Below, piece after piece: positions 1 to 9,814 of a stretch of DNA of 64,000 nt. The notes under the pieces were generated by a model. The model was not told the DNA's origin and ran no database searches. It saw only the letters and a list, made by a program, of their open reading frames with translations. The position numbers and the translations under genes were made by a program. The stretch is taken from assembly GCA_016176465.1 (NCBI GenBank), contig JACOXD010000003.1, positions 1,824-65,823 on the forward strand, given 5' to 3'. This stretch comes from Candidatus Daviesbacteria bacterium (lineage in GTDB: Bacteria > Patescibacteriota > Microgenomatia > Daviesbacterales > UBA10151). Numbering within the stretch: position 1 is the first letter of the stretch; each line of letters starts with the position of its first letter.

Positions 1-1293
1 CTCTTGTACTAATGAAGGAGCTTCTTTTAGCTGTTTTGGCCCTTTTACTCTTTTAATCCTATACCTTACCAACTCAACAGGAATTGCTCTTTTCCCAAAC
101 CATCCATTATGAGGATTTAAAACTTCTTCAACTTGCTCTTTAGTTACTTCTTTTCCTGCATCAGCTACTGTTACTGCTGGATGGTTTAAAATTGCCTCTT
201 CTGCTACTCTACTTGCCTGCTCAACGCTCACAAACTCACCTTTTCTACTAATTTCTTCCTTTATTAAAGGAATTGTTCCATCTTCCCCTTCTTTAACTAA
301 TCCACTTGTTTGGGCTCTATTACCAACTAAAACCGATGCAACTTTTCTGGCATCAATTTTTTCATCGCCTGCTGCCTGCCTTAAAACCTCTCCTCCTACA
401 TCTTTTATTCTTTGCTCAATTACCTGCCCATCTTCTACTAATTTTCTAACTTCTGCTTCTACTTGAACTCTATCTCCAGTTATTTCTTCTTTTTCTTTAT
501 TTCCCTCAGCAATAATAACTTCTTCCTCAACATCTTCTTCCAGCGCCAAAGCAGTTGCTTCCAAAGGTTTTACTGAAATTTTAGGAGCTGTTGATCCAGC
601 TGGTTGAGTTTCCACACCCACCTCATCTAAAGTTCCAACTTCTATACCTGCCTTGGCAAAAGCTTCTCTAACAACTTGTACTTGTCTGGCATTGGCTTGT
701 GCTTCAAGCGCTGCCACTGCCTGGGTAACTAATTCAACTTGAGCATTTCTTTGTGGAACTTCAACGCGAGTCGGTCTTTCCAAACTTACTATTTTTGGCT
801 CTACTTCTGCTTGTGGGTTTTCTACTAACTCCTCCACCTTTGCTACCAGCTCTTCTTTTTTACTTAAATGTTCTGGAAAAGTTTGAGCAACAATAAACTC
901 ATTTGGGTCAAACCCTCTAACAGATTTCTCTTCAACAATTGGTACAGGTATATAAAGAGTAGCAATTTTAGCACTCAAAGGGTTTTCTAAATTTAAAAAG
1001 TTTTCTACAGGAGCAATGTATCTTTCAAATTCTGAAATATTAAATACAGGTTTTGCATCAGATAAGAGAATGGTATTCCAAAGCTCACTTCTCCCAATTG
1101 GAGAATCAACACCTAAAGGAGATGGAAAATTCAAGGGATTTGCAAAAGTTTCCGCTTTAAAACCACCGGTTGGCGTTAATCCTGGGGTGTTTAAGGAAAT
1201 TGATGGAGATGCGACAAAACTCTCTCTTCCGCCTGCTATGGCGGCCGGAGCTGCCGCTACTTGACCTAATCCTGGGCTAATCTCTGCGCCCAT
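1..1293 (-). CDS. Hypothetical Glu/Val/Ala-rich protein, 3' end runs off the window
   Basis: Not in the ORF track. ATG at 1293 preceded by SD AAGGAGG; frame MGAEISPGLGQVAAAPAAIAGG... stays open to base 1. Confidence 0.75.
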   Translation of the reverse strand, partial: MGAEISPGLGQVAAAPAAIAGGRESFVASPSISLNTPGLTPTGGFKAETFANPLNFPSPLGVDSPIGRSELWNTILLSDAKPVFNISEFERYIAPVENFLNLENPLSAKIATLYIPVPIVEEKSVRGFDPNEFIVAQTFPEHLSKKEELVAKVEELVENPQAEVEPKIVSLERPTRVEVPQRNAQVELVTQAVAALEAQANARQVQVVREAFAKAGIEVGTLDEVGVETQPAGSTAPKISVKPLEATALALEEDVEEEVIIAEGNKEKEEITGDRVQVEAEVRKLVEDGQVIEQRIKDVGGEVLRQAAGDEKIDARKVASVLVGNRAQTSGLVKEGEDGTIPLIKEEISRKGEFVSVEQASRVAEEAILNHPAVTVADAGKEVTKEQVEEVLNPHNGWFGKRAIPVELVRYRIKRVKGPKQLKEAPSLVQE

Positions 1294-1406
1294 TTTGGTT
1301 CCTCCTTTTGTAGCTAAATGCTACCATAAAATCCCGAAATAGCAAGCAAATACTTAAGTGTAATCGAAGTATTGACATTTAATTAAATAAAGCCAATAGT
1401 TAATAC

Positions 1407-2627
1407 ATGCGGGGTTTTGCCCATCTGGGTTTATTAATATTGCTTTTAATTGGGATTATAGCAGGAGTTTACTTGGTGACATCAGGCAATTTAAACTTTT
1501 TACCCATAGCCAAAAATGGAGAGATAAAGTTTGTTGATTACAATAATCCTAGCCAAGAGATAACCAGTACTTATATCCCTAGGGTAAAGGTGCGCTTAAG
1601 CGCTCCCTGGCCATTTAAAACAATTAGCTCCCCTATTAAAGATGTAACCACAGTTAAAATTACCCTTGCTGAGGATCCTAAATTTAGTAGAAATACAAAA
1701 TCTCTGGAATCACCATTTGATTTAACAAACAAAGGGCAACTAATTGTTGATTACTCCTTCAGCGAGGCGACTACAAGTACAAAAACTAATACCAAAAAAA
1801 CTAAAAAGGAAGAAAAGCCCAAAGGGGAGAAAAAAGTTTTATACGCCAAATTTGAGTCATCAAATAATAAAAGTAAAGTAAAAAATGCTACCATCAAGCT
1901 TTTGCCCGCTCCAGATAGTATTGCAAACCTCCTTTTAAGTACAACTGCGGCTGATTTATTACCTGATGAAGAATTTAGTGTTAACCTATTAGCAAGGTCG
2001 GACCAGGCTGAGGCTAATTTATTTGTAGCCAAATTAAATTTTAGCAAAGAATTTGCCGAGGTCACCTCCATAGAGACATCTGATTCATTTATCAGCCCTT
2101 CTTTTTTTACTGAGAAAAAATTTGATAACAGTGAGGGGACAATTTCTTTGGTAGGCGGAGTCCCAGCTCCAGGCTATAAAACCCAAGGGGAAGATAAAGT
2201 AATGGCAAAAATCAACTTTAAAGCTAAAAACAATGGTCTTTTTGACTTGCAATTTGCTAGTGATTCAGCAATCTATCGCAACTTAGACAATAAAAATATT
2301 TTGGATCTTAAAAACGGTATTAAAATCCCCATAGGTGGTGTAACAGTTTCTCCTTCCCCGCAATCCTCAGACACTGAATCCTCAACTAGCCCCACTCCTT
2401 CTTCCAGCCCTGGGGAAGGTGGCTCAACAGATGGCTCAACTAAGGGTGATGGCAATGGTGATGGAAAAATTGACTTGGAAGACTTATCTATTTTACTCAC
2501 CTATTTTGGATCAAGTGATTTGGATGAAAATATCATTAACTTGGATATAAATAATGATGGAAAAATAAATACCTTTGATTATTCAGGTTTGGTAGCTCTT
2601 CTCAAAAGTTCTGGGGTAATATCTTAA
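1407..2627 (+). CDS. Membrane-anchored surface protein with cohesin-like domain, Ser/Pro linker and C-terminal dockerin (double EF-hand-like)
   Basis: N-terminal pilin-like hydrophobic segment MRGFAHLGLL; cohesin-like FSVNLLARSD...AKINFKAK; dockerin repeats GDGNGDGKIDLEDL and DINNDGKINTFDY. Confidence 0.8.
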   Translation: MRGFAHLGLLILLLIGIIAGVYLVTSGNLNFLPIAKNGEIKFVDYNNPSQEITSTYIPRVKVRLSAPWPFKTISSPIKDVTTVKITLAEDPKFSRNTKSLESPFDLTNKGQLIVDYSFSEATTSTKTNTKKTKKEEKPKGEKKVLYAKFESSNNKSKVKNATIKLLPAPDSIANLLLSTTAADLLPDEEFSVNLLARSDQAEANLFVAKLNFSKEFAEVTSIETSDSFISPSFFTEKKFDNSEGTISLVGGVPAPGYKTQGEDKVMAKINFKAKNNGLFDLQFASDSAIYRNLDNKNILDLKNGIKIPIGGVTVSPSPQSSDTESSTSPTPSSSPGEGGSTDGSTKGDGNGDGKIDLEDLSILLTYFGSSDLDENIINLDINNDGKINTFDYSGLVALLKSSGVIS

Positions 2628-3169
2628 TTATTTTTTTCTAACACCTCATATAGTACTATCCCCAAACTAACAATGACATTCAAGCTTTTATTTACTCCAA
2701 ACATAGGCAATTCTACTATTGCATCAGAGGCGTCTAGTACTTCTTTTGATACCCCTGTTGATTCATTTCCCACAACAAGACATACAGGTAATTTGTACTC
2801 AAATTTATCATAAAGAACTGATTTAGAGGTTTGTTCAACAGAAATTACTTGTAAATTTGAAATTTTAAGTTTTAAGTTTGAAATTGCCTCACTTGCCGAG
2901 GCACAATACTCCCAGTCTACCCACTCGGTTGTATTAATAGAAGCTTTTTTTATCCGATGATTAGGTGGGGTCTCTGTTGCCCCACAAAGGTAAATTTTTT
3001 TAGCTGCCACAGCATCAGCTAACCTAAAAATAGAGCCTATATTATAAGTGTCCAAAACATTGTCCAAAATAATATAGATATTTTGCTTTTTAAGTTTTTT
3101 ATTCATCCCTCGTAGCTTTAGCGAGGTGGGACCCTTTCTCAGTTGATCTGCGTTTAGCTTTAATTTCAT
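2624..3169 (-). CDS. TrmH/SpoU family RNA 2'-O-methyltransferase
   Basis: Motifs ILDNVLDTYNIGSIFR, VVGNESTGVS, LPMFGVNKSLNV; likely start MKLKLN at 3169. Confidence 0.9.
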   Translation of the reverse strand: MKLKLNADQLRKGPTSLKLRGMNKKLKKQNIYIILDNVLDTYNIGSIFRLADAVAAKKIYLCGATETPPNHRIKKASINTTEWVDWEYCASASEAISNLKLKISNLQVISVEQTSKSVLYDKFEYKLPVCLVVGNESTGVSKEVLDASDAIVELPMFGVNKSLNVIVSLGIVLYEVLEKNN

Positions 3170-3246
3170 TGCAAAATTATATATTTTTATAAATCTAAGC
3201 TCAACTTTCTTGACTAATAATCTTGATTGAGTCACAATTAAAATTA

Positions 3247-5961
3247 ATGAGTGCTGCCCGACTATTATCCACTGTTGTGACCTTGGTTTTATTTTTCTTT
3301 TTTCTTCCTAAGCTTTCTCACGCTGAAACAATTAGCTCGTATAATGGTTCACAAGAGCATATATATTCCTTAGCTGAATATAATGGTAAGCTATATGCTG
3401 GGCAAGGTGCTGGCGGAGGTGATGGAGATATTTATGTTTGTACTTCTGGTATTAATTTAACGTGTGATCCATCAGATTGGGCTATCTCTTACAATGGAAC
3501 CCAGGAAGCAATTTATGATTTAGTAGTTTTTAATGGCAAACTTTATGCCGGACAAGGAGATAGTACTGGTGATGGAGATGTTTTAGTTTTTGATGGTACT
3601 TCCTGGACTACATCCTTTAATGGCTCTCAAGAAAGAATTTATAGCCTAGTTGTATTTAATAATAAGTTATATGCGGGTCAAGGAAGTGGTGGTGGAGATG
3701 GAGATATCTTTGTTTGTAACCCCGCAACCTCTAGTAACTCTACAAGTTGTGAAGCTGGAGATTGGACAAAAAGTTATGAGGGTGGCCAAAATGACATCCT
3801 CTCTCTGGCAGTATTTAACAATAAACTCTATGCTGGTCAAGGAAGTGGTGGCGGAGATGGAGATGTTTTAGTTTTTGATGGTACTTCCTGGACTACCTCA
3901 TATAATGGTGCACAAGAAACAATTAGATCTTTGGGTGTATTTAGTGGCAAACTTTATGCGGGAGTAGGACTTAACGGTGGAGATGGGGATATTCTAAAAT
4001 TTGATGGTACTTCCTGGAGTACTTCTTATGATGGAGGCAATGAGGAGATTCGTTCCTTTGCGGTTTATAACAATAGATTGTACGCAGGACAAGGAGTCAG
4101 TGGTAATGATGCAATTGTATTGGTTTGTAATCCAGGAGGAACTACCTGTGATCCAGGAGATTGGTCCCAGTATGAAAATTATCCAGAGGAAACGATTGAT
4201 GATCTTATAGTGTTTAATGATAAACTTTACGGTGGTCAAGGAAAAGATACTAATAACGGAGATATTTTTATTGTCGCCCAAGCTCCGGGCGCCTTTACCC
4301 TAGAACAACCCACCGCTATATGTAAAATACCTCCTCCAGTAATCTGGTCAACTTCCTTTGATAGTAGTCACAACGAGGTTAATAACCCCACAGCTTTCAA
4401 CAATAAATTATATGTTGGAGAGGGCACTGGCAATAATGAAGGAGACATATGGGCTTGTAACCCAGGGACAAATGGGCTTTGTGATCAACAGTCAGAGTGG
4501 ACTAAATCCTATGACGGACCTGACTCTAAAGACTCTATTGAAGCTATAGAAGTTTTGAAAGACAGATTATACGCAGGTGAAGGCAGCCAAGAAGGCGACG
4601 GTGATACCCAACTATTGAACTCTAGTGGAACATCTTGGAGTAAAGTCCATGATCCAGGATCACCAGATCAGATGCGAGCTTTTGTTGAGTATAAAGGCAA
4701 GTTGTACTCTGGTACAGGAGGTGGAGATGATGAAGGAGATTTATATGTTTGTACACCAGCTGCAGATGGATCCTGTACTTCTTGGAGTAAAACCAAGGAT
4801 TTTGGAAGCGGTATTAGAAAAGTGGAATCACTTCTGGCATACAACGAATATCTATATGTTGGACTTGGTAATCAAGGAGGAGATTCAGATGTTCAAAGAT
4901 TTGATGGGACAACCTGGACTAAAGTTTATGATGGAAGTGTTCAAAGAGTAAAATCACTGATTGAGTATAATGGCATACTTTATTTAGGACTCGAAGGTGG
5001 GGCTAATGAAGGAGATATTATGGCTTGTAATCCAGGACCAAATGGAGCTTGTGACTCTGGGGAGTGGAATATTACTGCGTTTGACGGGAACAATAGTTCA
5101 GTTGATGCTATGACTATATTCGAGAATAAGCTTTATATTGTTGAAGGTACAAATGTCCGCTATTGTACACTGGATGCAGATGGCATTTGTAATACTGATG
5201 ATTGGATAAATATTGACAACTTTCCAGGAGACAATGGTCGAGGTATTGAAGTATTCCAGGATAATCTTTATGTAGCAGGTGGAGACAAGTTGTATTTAGG
5301 TACCCCAAATCCTCAAACCAACCCTTATCCTAGTATAACCCTTGATTGGAGTGCCTCTTTGGGCCTTGATACCAATTCTAGACCCGCCAGTGATTATTAT
5401 GAAGTTTACCGCTCAACTAATGGTATTGACTATAGCTTTGTTGCCTCAACCGGTGCTACCTCCTATGTTGATGAAAATAGTTTACTTCCTAACACTTTAT
5501 ATTATTACTATATCAGAGCAGTCAACCAAATTGGTTCAATTAACTCAAACTCGATCTCTATTCTCAGTACTAATTGTGATACTATTCCACCTTCAGGCTC
5601 TATCAGTTTAGTTGATGAGGAGTGTTATACAAAAGTTACTTTTCCTAATCCTTTAAAAATATACGCGCAAGACGACTACAAAGTAACTGAGGTTACTTAT
5701 AATTTGAGGGGTCCGATAGACCAAAACGGATCTGCAAGTTTAGGTGAGGGTAGCGCTCAAGCAGGCTATTGGTATATTCCAAACCTTGTTAATAATTTAA
5801 TCAATGGTTATTATAGATTGCAAGCGCACATAAAAGACATTGGCGGGAATACTTCTGGAACCCAACCTAGGAATTTCACAATTGCTGATAAGTGTAAGAT
5901 TCCTTTTTTAGAAACCACAGGCGGGAATATTCATTCAAATGAGTCAATAGATTTGCCTTAG
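3247..5961 (+). CDS. Secreted repeat protein: two probable beta-propeller regions, FN3-like and Ig-like domains, conserved C-terminal tail
   Basis: Signal peptide; many repeats of I.SL.VFNNKLYAGQG.GGGDGD; FN3 hallmark YYYYIRAVN; tail PFLETTGGNIHSNESIDLP. Confidence 0.75.
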   Translation: MSAARLLSTVVTLVLFFFFLPKLSHAETISSYNGSQEHIYSLAEYNGKLYAGQGAGGGDGDIYVCTSGINLTCDPSDWAISYNGTQEAIYDLVVFNGKLYAGQGDSTGDGDVLVFDGTSWTTSFNGSQERIYSLVVFNNKLYAGQGSGGGDGDIFVCNPATSSNSTSCEAGDWTKSYEGGQNDILSLAVFNNKLYAGQGSGGGDGDVLVFDGTSWTTSYNGAQETIRSLGVFSGKLYAGVGLNGGDGDILKFDGTSWSTSYDGGNEEIRSFAVYNNRLYAGQGVSGNDAIVLVCNPGGTTCDPGDWSQYENYPEETIDDLIVFNDKLYGGQGKDTNNGDIFIVAQAPGAFTLEQPTAICKIPPPVIWSTSFDSSHNEVNNPTAFNNKLYVGEGTGNNEGDIWACNPGTNGLCDQQSEWTKSYDGPDSKDSIEAIEVLKDRLYAGEGSQEGDGDTQLLNSSGTSWSKVHDPGSPDQMRAFVEYKGKLYSGTGGGDDEGDLYVCTPAADGSCTSWSKTKDFGSGIRKVESLLAYNEYLYVGLGNQGGDSDVQRFDGTTWTKVYDGSVQRVKSLIEYNGILYLGLEGGANEGDIMACNPGPNGACDSGEWNITAFDGNNSSVDAMTIFENKLYIVEGTNVRYCTLDADGICNTDDWINIDNFPGDNGRGIEVFQDNLYVAGGDKLYLGTPNPQTNPYPSITLDWSASLGLDTNSRPASDYYEVYRSTNGIDYSFVASTGATSYVDENSLLPNTLYYYYIRAVNQIGSINSNSISILSTNCDTIPPSGSISLVDEECYTKVTFPNPLKIYAQDDYKVTEVTYNLRGPIDQNGSASLGEGSAQAGYWYIPNLVNNLINGYYRLQAHIKDIGGNTSGTQPRNFTIADKCKIPFLETTGGNIHSNESIDLP
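3571..3896 (+). repeat. 41-bp exact direct repeat within the propeller gene (3571-3611 and 3856-3896)
   Basis: gatggagatgttttagtttttgatggtacttcctggactac occurs twice; partial copy near 4000. Confidence 0.9.
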
Positions 5962-6005
5962 TCCTGAGCGTACCTGTACTGAGTGAAGTCGAAGTAGTCG
6001 AAGGA
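5961..6005. repeat. Nested REP-like palindromic element, intergenic
   Basis: gtcctgagcgta[cctgtactgagtgaagtcgaagta]gtcgaagga: one CTGAG..GTCGAAG unit inside another, followed directly by TTGACA. Confidence 0.7.
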
Positions 6006-6041
6006 TTGACAAGAAGGCTGAGTTGAGCAACAATTAAAGTA

Positions 6042-6506
6042 ATGGAACAAACTGCCCCAGTAAAATCTAATTCCAACCTAGGATGGATTGTTGGTATTGT
6101 CCTTACCCTCGCAGCTTTGGCTTTAGGTTTTTTTATGGGAAGAGGATTACTAGCAACTAATCCAGGAAGCATTAATAACCAGGCTTCAGGCAGTGCCACC
6201 ATGGTGAAAACCTCACCTTTATTTAAAGCCCAAACAGCAACTATCCAGGGAAAAATAACTAAAATTGACGGATCAACCATCACTGTAACCTCCCAAGATA
6301 ACCAGGCTGAAACTTTTCCTCTTGATAGCAATTTTACTATTTATAAACATACCTCAGGTACATCTTTTGCAGCAGCCTTACCCGGCTCTGATAAGCAGAT
6401 TGAACTAAATAAAGATTCAATAATTGTTTTAAACGTCAAAGATGGTGATTATAAAGTCTCCTCTATCTCATATCTTTCTCCCCCACCAAAACCGCCGGGG
6501 AGGTAA
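6042..6506 (+). CDS. Single-TM hypothetical protein with OB-like beta domain (DUF5666-like)
   Basis: TM at residues 13-33; motif IQGKITKIDGSTITVT. Confidence 0.6.
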   Translation: MEQTAPVKSNSNLGWIVGIVLTLAALALGFFMGRGLLATNPGSINNQASGSATMVKTSPLFKAQTATIQGKITKIDGSTITVTSQDNQAETFPLDSNFTIYKHTSGTSFAAALPGSDKQIELNKDSIIVLNVKDGDYKVSSISYLSPPPKPPGR

Positions 6507-6509
6507 AAA

Positions 6510-7808
6510 GTGAAATTTTTTTGGGCAATTTTTTTATCCTCATTTTTATTTTCGGGATACCTTTTTTTAACACCATTAAAAGTAAATGCAGACTTTAAAG
6601 GGGAAGGATGTACTATTAAACTTACTGACCCTGGAACAAATAGAGAACCAACCTCTTTGGTAATTGGCAAAACTTATGATTTGGAATCTAGCTTAATTGG
6701 CAGCTGGCAACAGGGCTGCTCTGATTGTGGGAATAGCCATAGTATTAGCTTTAGGGAAGTCAGCGAAAGCTATAATGGAATCTACAGTGATGGTGCGCCT
6801 AGATTACCTGTGCCTGGGACTTCGAAAAAAGCGAAGGGGGATTATATCTCACATGGGCAGTGGGACCCTAGTATAATTGTAAATGGACAGTGTAGAGCAG
6901 GAGGAAAAAGAGCTAGTGGTAAGCGTAATCATGAAGCATGTATTGTCTTTAAGAGTTTTAGTCCAGGAAAAGCTCCTCTTGCTCCAGGCGGCAATGGCAA
7001 AAATGGACCCTGGAGAATTAAATTTACCCCCACAGAAGAAGGGACAACAGCTTTTAATGTCAGAATGTCCAATAACATTAATAACTACTCTGGCGGAGCG
7101 AAATGTTTACGAACAACCCGGGTCTTTAATATCATTGGCCAAAATCTTAGTATAAGATCTAATACTAGCTGTAACTTGGGAACTCCTATTGTTAATTTAA
7201 GCTGGGATGCTAACTCTGGAACTGATCCTCAAAACAGACCAGATTCGGATTACTACGAAGTTTATCGCTTGAGTGGCAATAACTATAGTTTATTGGGTAA
7301 TACCCCAAATTTAAATTACCAGGACCGCTCAAATTTAAACCAAAATTCATCTTATAATTACTACATTCGTGCTGTCAATCCAAATGTCTCTACTAATTAT
7401 CCTGCAATGTCAATCAGAACTCCAAATTGCAGCTCCCCTACTATTGTATCAGTGGAGTTAACCAATAAATGTTATAACCGCTCTACATTTCCTAACCCTT
7501 TAAGGATTTATGCCCAAAACGCCTCAGGCATCAATCGAGTAACTTATGAGCTAATTGGAGACCAAAATGCATCCGGTAGCGCCTCATTAAGAGAAGGAAC
7601 TGCAGAGTCAGGTTATTGGCACACTCCCTTTAACTTAAGCAACCTAACTTTTGGGGAATACCAAATATCTGCGCAGGCTAGTGATAATACAGGGGGCTTA
7701 ACTTCCTCAGCGCCCATTGATTTTAGCTTTGCCCAAAGCTGTGAGCAACCCTTCTTGGAAACAACAGGTGGAAATGTTCACTCAAATAGAGAGATTAATC
7801 TACCTTAA
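6510..7808 (+). CDS. Secreted protein with Cys-rich variable N-terminus and FN3/Ig C-terminal half paralogous to 3247..5961
   Basis: Signal peptide; shares RPxSDYYEVYR, YYIRAVN, TFPNPLxIYAQ, GYW and tail PFLETTGGNVHSN. Confidence 0.75.
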   Translation: MKFFWAIFLSSFLFSGYLFLTPLKVNADFKGEGCTIKLTDPGTNREPTSLVIGKTYDLESSLIGSWQQGCSDCGNSHSISFREVSESYNGIYSDGAPRLPVPGTSKKAKGDYISHGQWDPSIIVNGQCRAGGKRASGKRNHEACIVFKSFSPGKAPLAPGGNGKNGPWRIKFTPTEEGTTAFNVRMSNNINNYSGGAKCLRTTRVFNIIGQNLSIRSNTSCNLGTPIVNLSWDANSGTDPQNRPDSDYYEVYRLSGNNYSLLGNTPNLNYQDRSNLNQNSSYNYYIRAVNPNVSTNYPAMSIRTPNCSSPTIVSVELTNKCYNRSTFPNPLRIYAQNASGINRVTYELIGDQNASGSASLREGTAESGYWHTPFNLSNLTFGEYQISAQASDNTGGLTSSAPIDFSFAQSCEQPFLETTGGNVHSNREINLP

Positions 7809-8659
7809 TGAATTTAATTACTGTTAAAAAATTTTTAATTACTTTTCTTTTGTTTCTTGAAACAGCTATTTTATTTTTCATGGTTTATTATAGTCAAGTT
7901 TTTGCCCAAAGTTCGGGCAATTGCCTAAAAGATAATATTGGAGCGAGGGTTGATGGTTTGGTCTCTACCCCCAATTTAGTAAGCGATTTAAAAACAAAAA
8001 CTGGTGAATGTATCATTGACAATGCTGCTATCTCTCCATTACAAGAAGCCAGGATAACCAAAATCAAATCTTATGCTGATTTAAAATCTATCTTTTATGA
8101 TCAGGCAAAAACCACATCATTTGTAGAAAAACACCCCCCATTAGTTGGAAACAAAACTCATTCTGATTTAGATTTAGGAGCACTTGGCGGAAAAGATCAC
8201 CTCTATTTAATTCAAGGAGATCTCTCAATAACTGGAAATATTTCTGGAAGCTCAACTGGAATCATATTTGTTGATGGAAACTTAACTATTGGGGATCCAA
8301 CTTTGCCAAGTTATAAATTGCAGTATGGAAATGATGCATCTGGTTTGGTCTTTGTTGTGGGTAAAGATATAAGAATAGATAAGCTTGTCTCACAAATTGA
8401 CGGGGTGATGATCTCCTCAGGAACTATTTGCACTGCTTGGGATAATGGGGTCTGTCCCCAAGGGGATGTGTTGGTTAATGAAGCACTAGTAATTTATGGT
8501 AGCTTAATCTCCTTAGATGAAAGTAAACCTATTAAGTTTAAAAGAACTTTAACAATAAATACAGATGCATCTGAAATAATTAAGACTCAATTTAAATATT
8601 TGGTAATTTTAAAAAACTCTTTTTCTCAGGATTTATTAATTTCTACAGAGATAAATTAA
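7808..8659 (+). CDS. Secreted probable beta-solenoid protein, translationally coupled to the upstream gene
   Basis: TAATG overlap; signal peptide ending VFA-Q; repeats LYLIQGDLSI, IFVDGNLTI, VFVVGKDIRI, LVIYGSLI. Confidence 0.65.
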   Translation: MNLITVKKFLITFLLFLETAILFFMVYYSQVFAQSSGNCLKDNIGARVDGLVSTPNLVSDLKTKTGECIIDNAAISPLQEARITKIKSYADLKSIFYDQAKTTSFVEKHPPLVGNKTHSDLDLGALGGKDHLYLIQGDLSITGNISGSSTGIIFVDGNLTIGDPTLPSYKLQYGNDASGLVFVVGKDIRIDKLVSQIDGVMISSGTICTAWDNGVCPQGDVLVNEALVIYGSLISLDESKPIKFKRTLTINTDASEIIKTQFKYLVILKNSFSQDLLISTEIN

Positions 8660-8664
8660 ATTTA

Positions 8665-9210
8665 TCACTTTCCAAAATTCCTTATTTGCTGCTGATACCA
8701 AACAATCGCTTTTTTTAATTCAATCTTATTAAAATCAGGCCATAAAACTTTAGTGAAATTTTTTACTGCTCGCAATATCTCTGATCTGCCACCATATGAT
8801 AGAGCTAAATTAACTGTAATTGTCTTATTATTAGATGTAGCCTGAATAGTTTCTTTTAAAATTTCCTGAATATCTTGTGGAAAGCGCTCAATCTCGCCAA
8901 TTACAAGTAACCTCACCCCATTTTTTTGCAAATCAGATAATACTCTTTTGCCATGTCGGCGCAGGATATTAAAAATAGCCTCTTTCTCCTCATCTGATCG
9001 GTTCCAATTCTCCGTTGAAAATGCCCAAAAAGTTAAAAATTTTACTCCTAATTTAGCAGCCTCCCTAATGACTGGTTTTAGTTGCCTCCTACCAAATTCA
9101 TGCCCCATAAATGATGGCATTAATCTTTTTTTGGCCCATCTTCTATTACCATCCATAATAATTGCAATATGGGAGGGAATATTATTAGGATCAAGCTTTA
9201 AATTAGACAT
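8665..9210 (-). pseudogene. uppS: Undecaprenyl/polyprenyl diphosphate synthase with in-frame internal deletion
   Basis: HIAIIMDGNRRWA, AFSTENWNR and YGGRSEI present; LRAVKNF is joined directly to TKVLWPDF, so the IRTSGExRLSxFL region is absent. Confidence 0.75.
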
Positions 9211-9227
9211 AAGAGAATTTTACACTT

Positions 9228-9773
9228 TTAGAGGTAGGTTATGCGGGGTACAGAAAAAATCCATATTTGTACAACCCTCTCTCTTAAAGGATTAACTCCT
9301 TGCCCATTTCTGCCATCAAATTCAAAAATACCCACCTGTTGATACCTTCCAAGCTCTAATGCTCCATTTTTAAATGGTATCCAAACAGTTGGGTTCGCAA
9401 AAATTAAAGCCCTTATGTGCCTACCAGTATTATGGTCATTATCCAGTTCAGTAGGTGGTCTAAGAGGGCTGTCAGCACAGTTGTGGGTAAAGTCTAGTGT
9501 CGGATAAGGATAGGGAGGTTCCTGCCCCACAACCCACGTTGATCTGGCATCCTCCGGAACTAACACCCTAGAAAACCTTAAAATATCATCTAGCAACTTC
9601 GTTTCTGCTAGTTCATTTACTAACATCCCTAGCGTAGTGTGCTTTGAATGAACCCCTAATATGCCATGCTTCGCTTTTGATTTTTTCAAAGCCGCGTCCA
9701 CATCAGCGGTTAAATCCCAAATAGCACTAGGATTAGGCGATTCAAAATGTAGTTCTTTTATATACAGACCCAT
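9228..9773 (-). CDS. YjbQ/UPF0047 family protein, divergent
   Basis: DLTADVD, HTTLGMLVNE, HIRAL, LELGRYQQV..FEFDGR. Confidence 0.8.
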   Translation of the reverse strand: MGLYIKELHFESPNPSAIWDLTADVDAALKKSKAKHGILGVHSKHTTLGMLVNELAETKLLDDILRFSRVLVPEDARSTWVVGQEPPYPYPTLDFTHNCADSPLRPPTELDNDHNTGRHIRALIFANPTVWIPFKNGALELGRYQQVGIFEFDGRNGQGVNPLRERVVQIWIFSVPRITYL

Positions 9774-9814
9774 TTAGTTGCAGGTTATGTTACACTATCT
9801 AATTAGACGATTCT

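Noticed and set aside
1016-1264. 82-aa plus-strand ORF
   Set aside because: Antisense shadow of the long minus-strand ORF 1..1293, which has a strong SD.
3340-4270. Regular DNA repeats resembling a CRISPR array
   Set aside because: They are in-frame, degenerate protein repeat units within one long ORF; no constant repeat-spacer structure and no cas genes.
3247-8659. Diversity-generating retroelement acting on the shared C-terminal tails
   Set aside because: No reverse transcriptase in the window, and differences between the tails are mostly synonymous and not adenine-specific.
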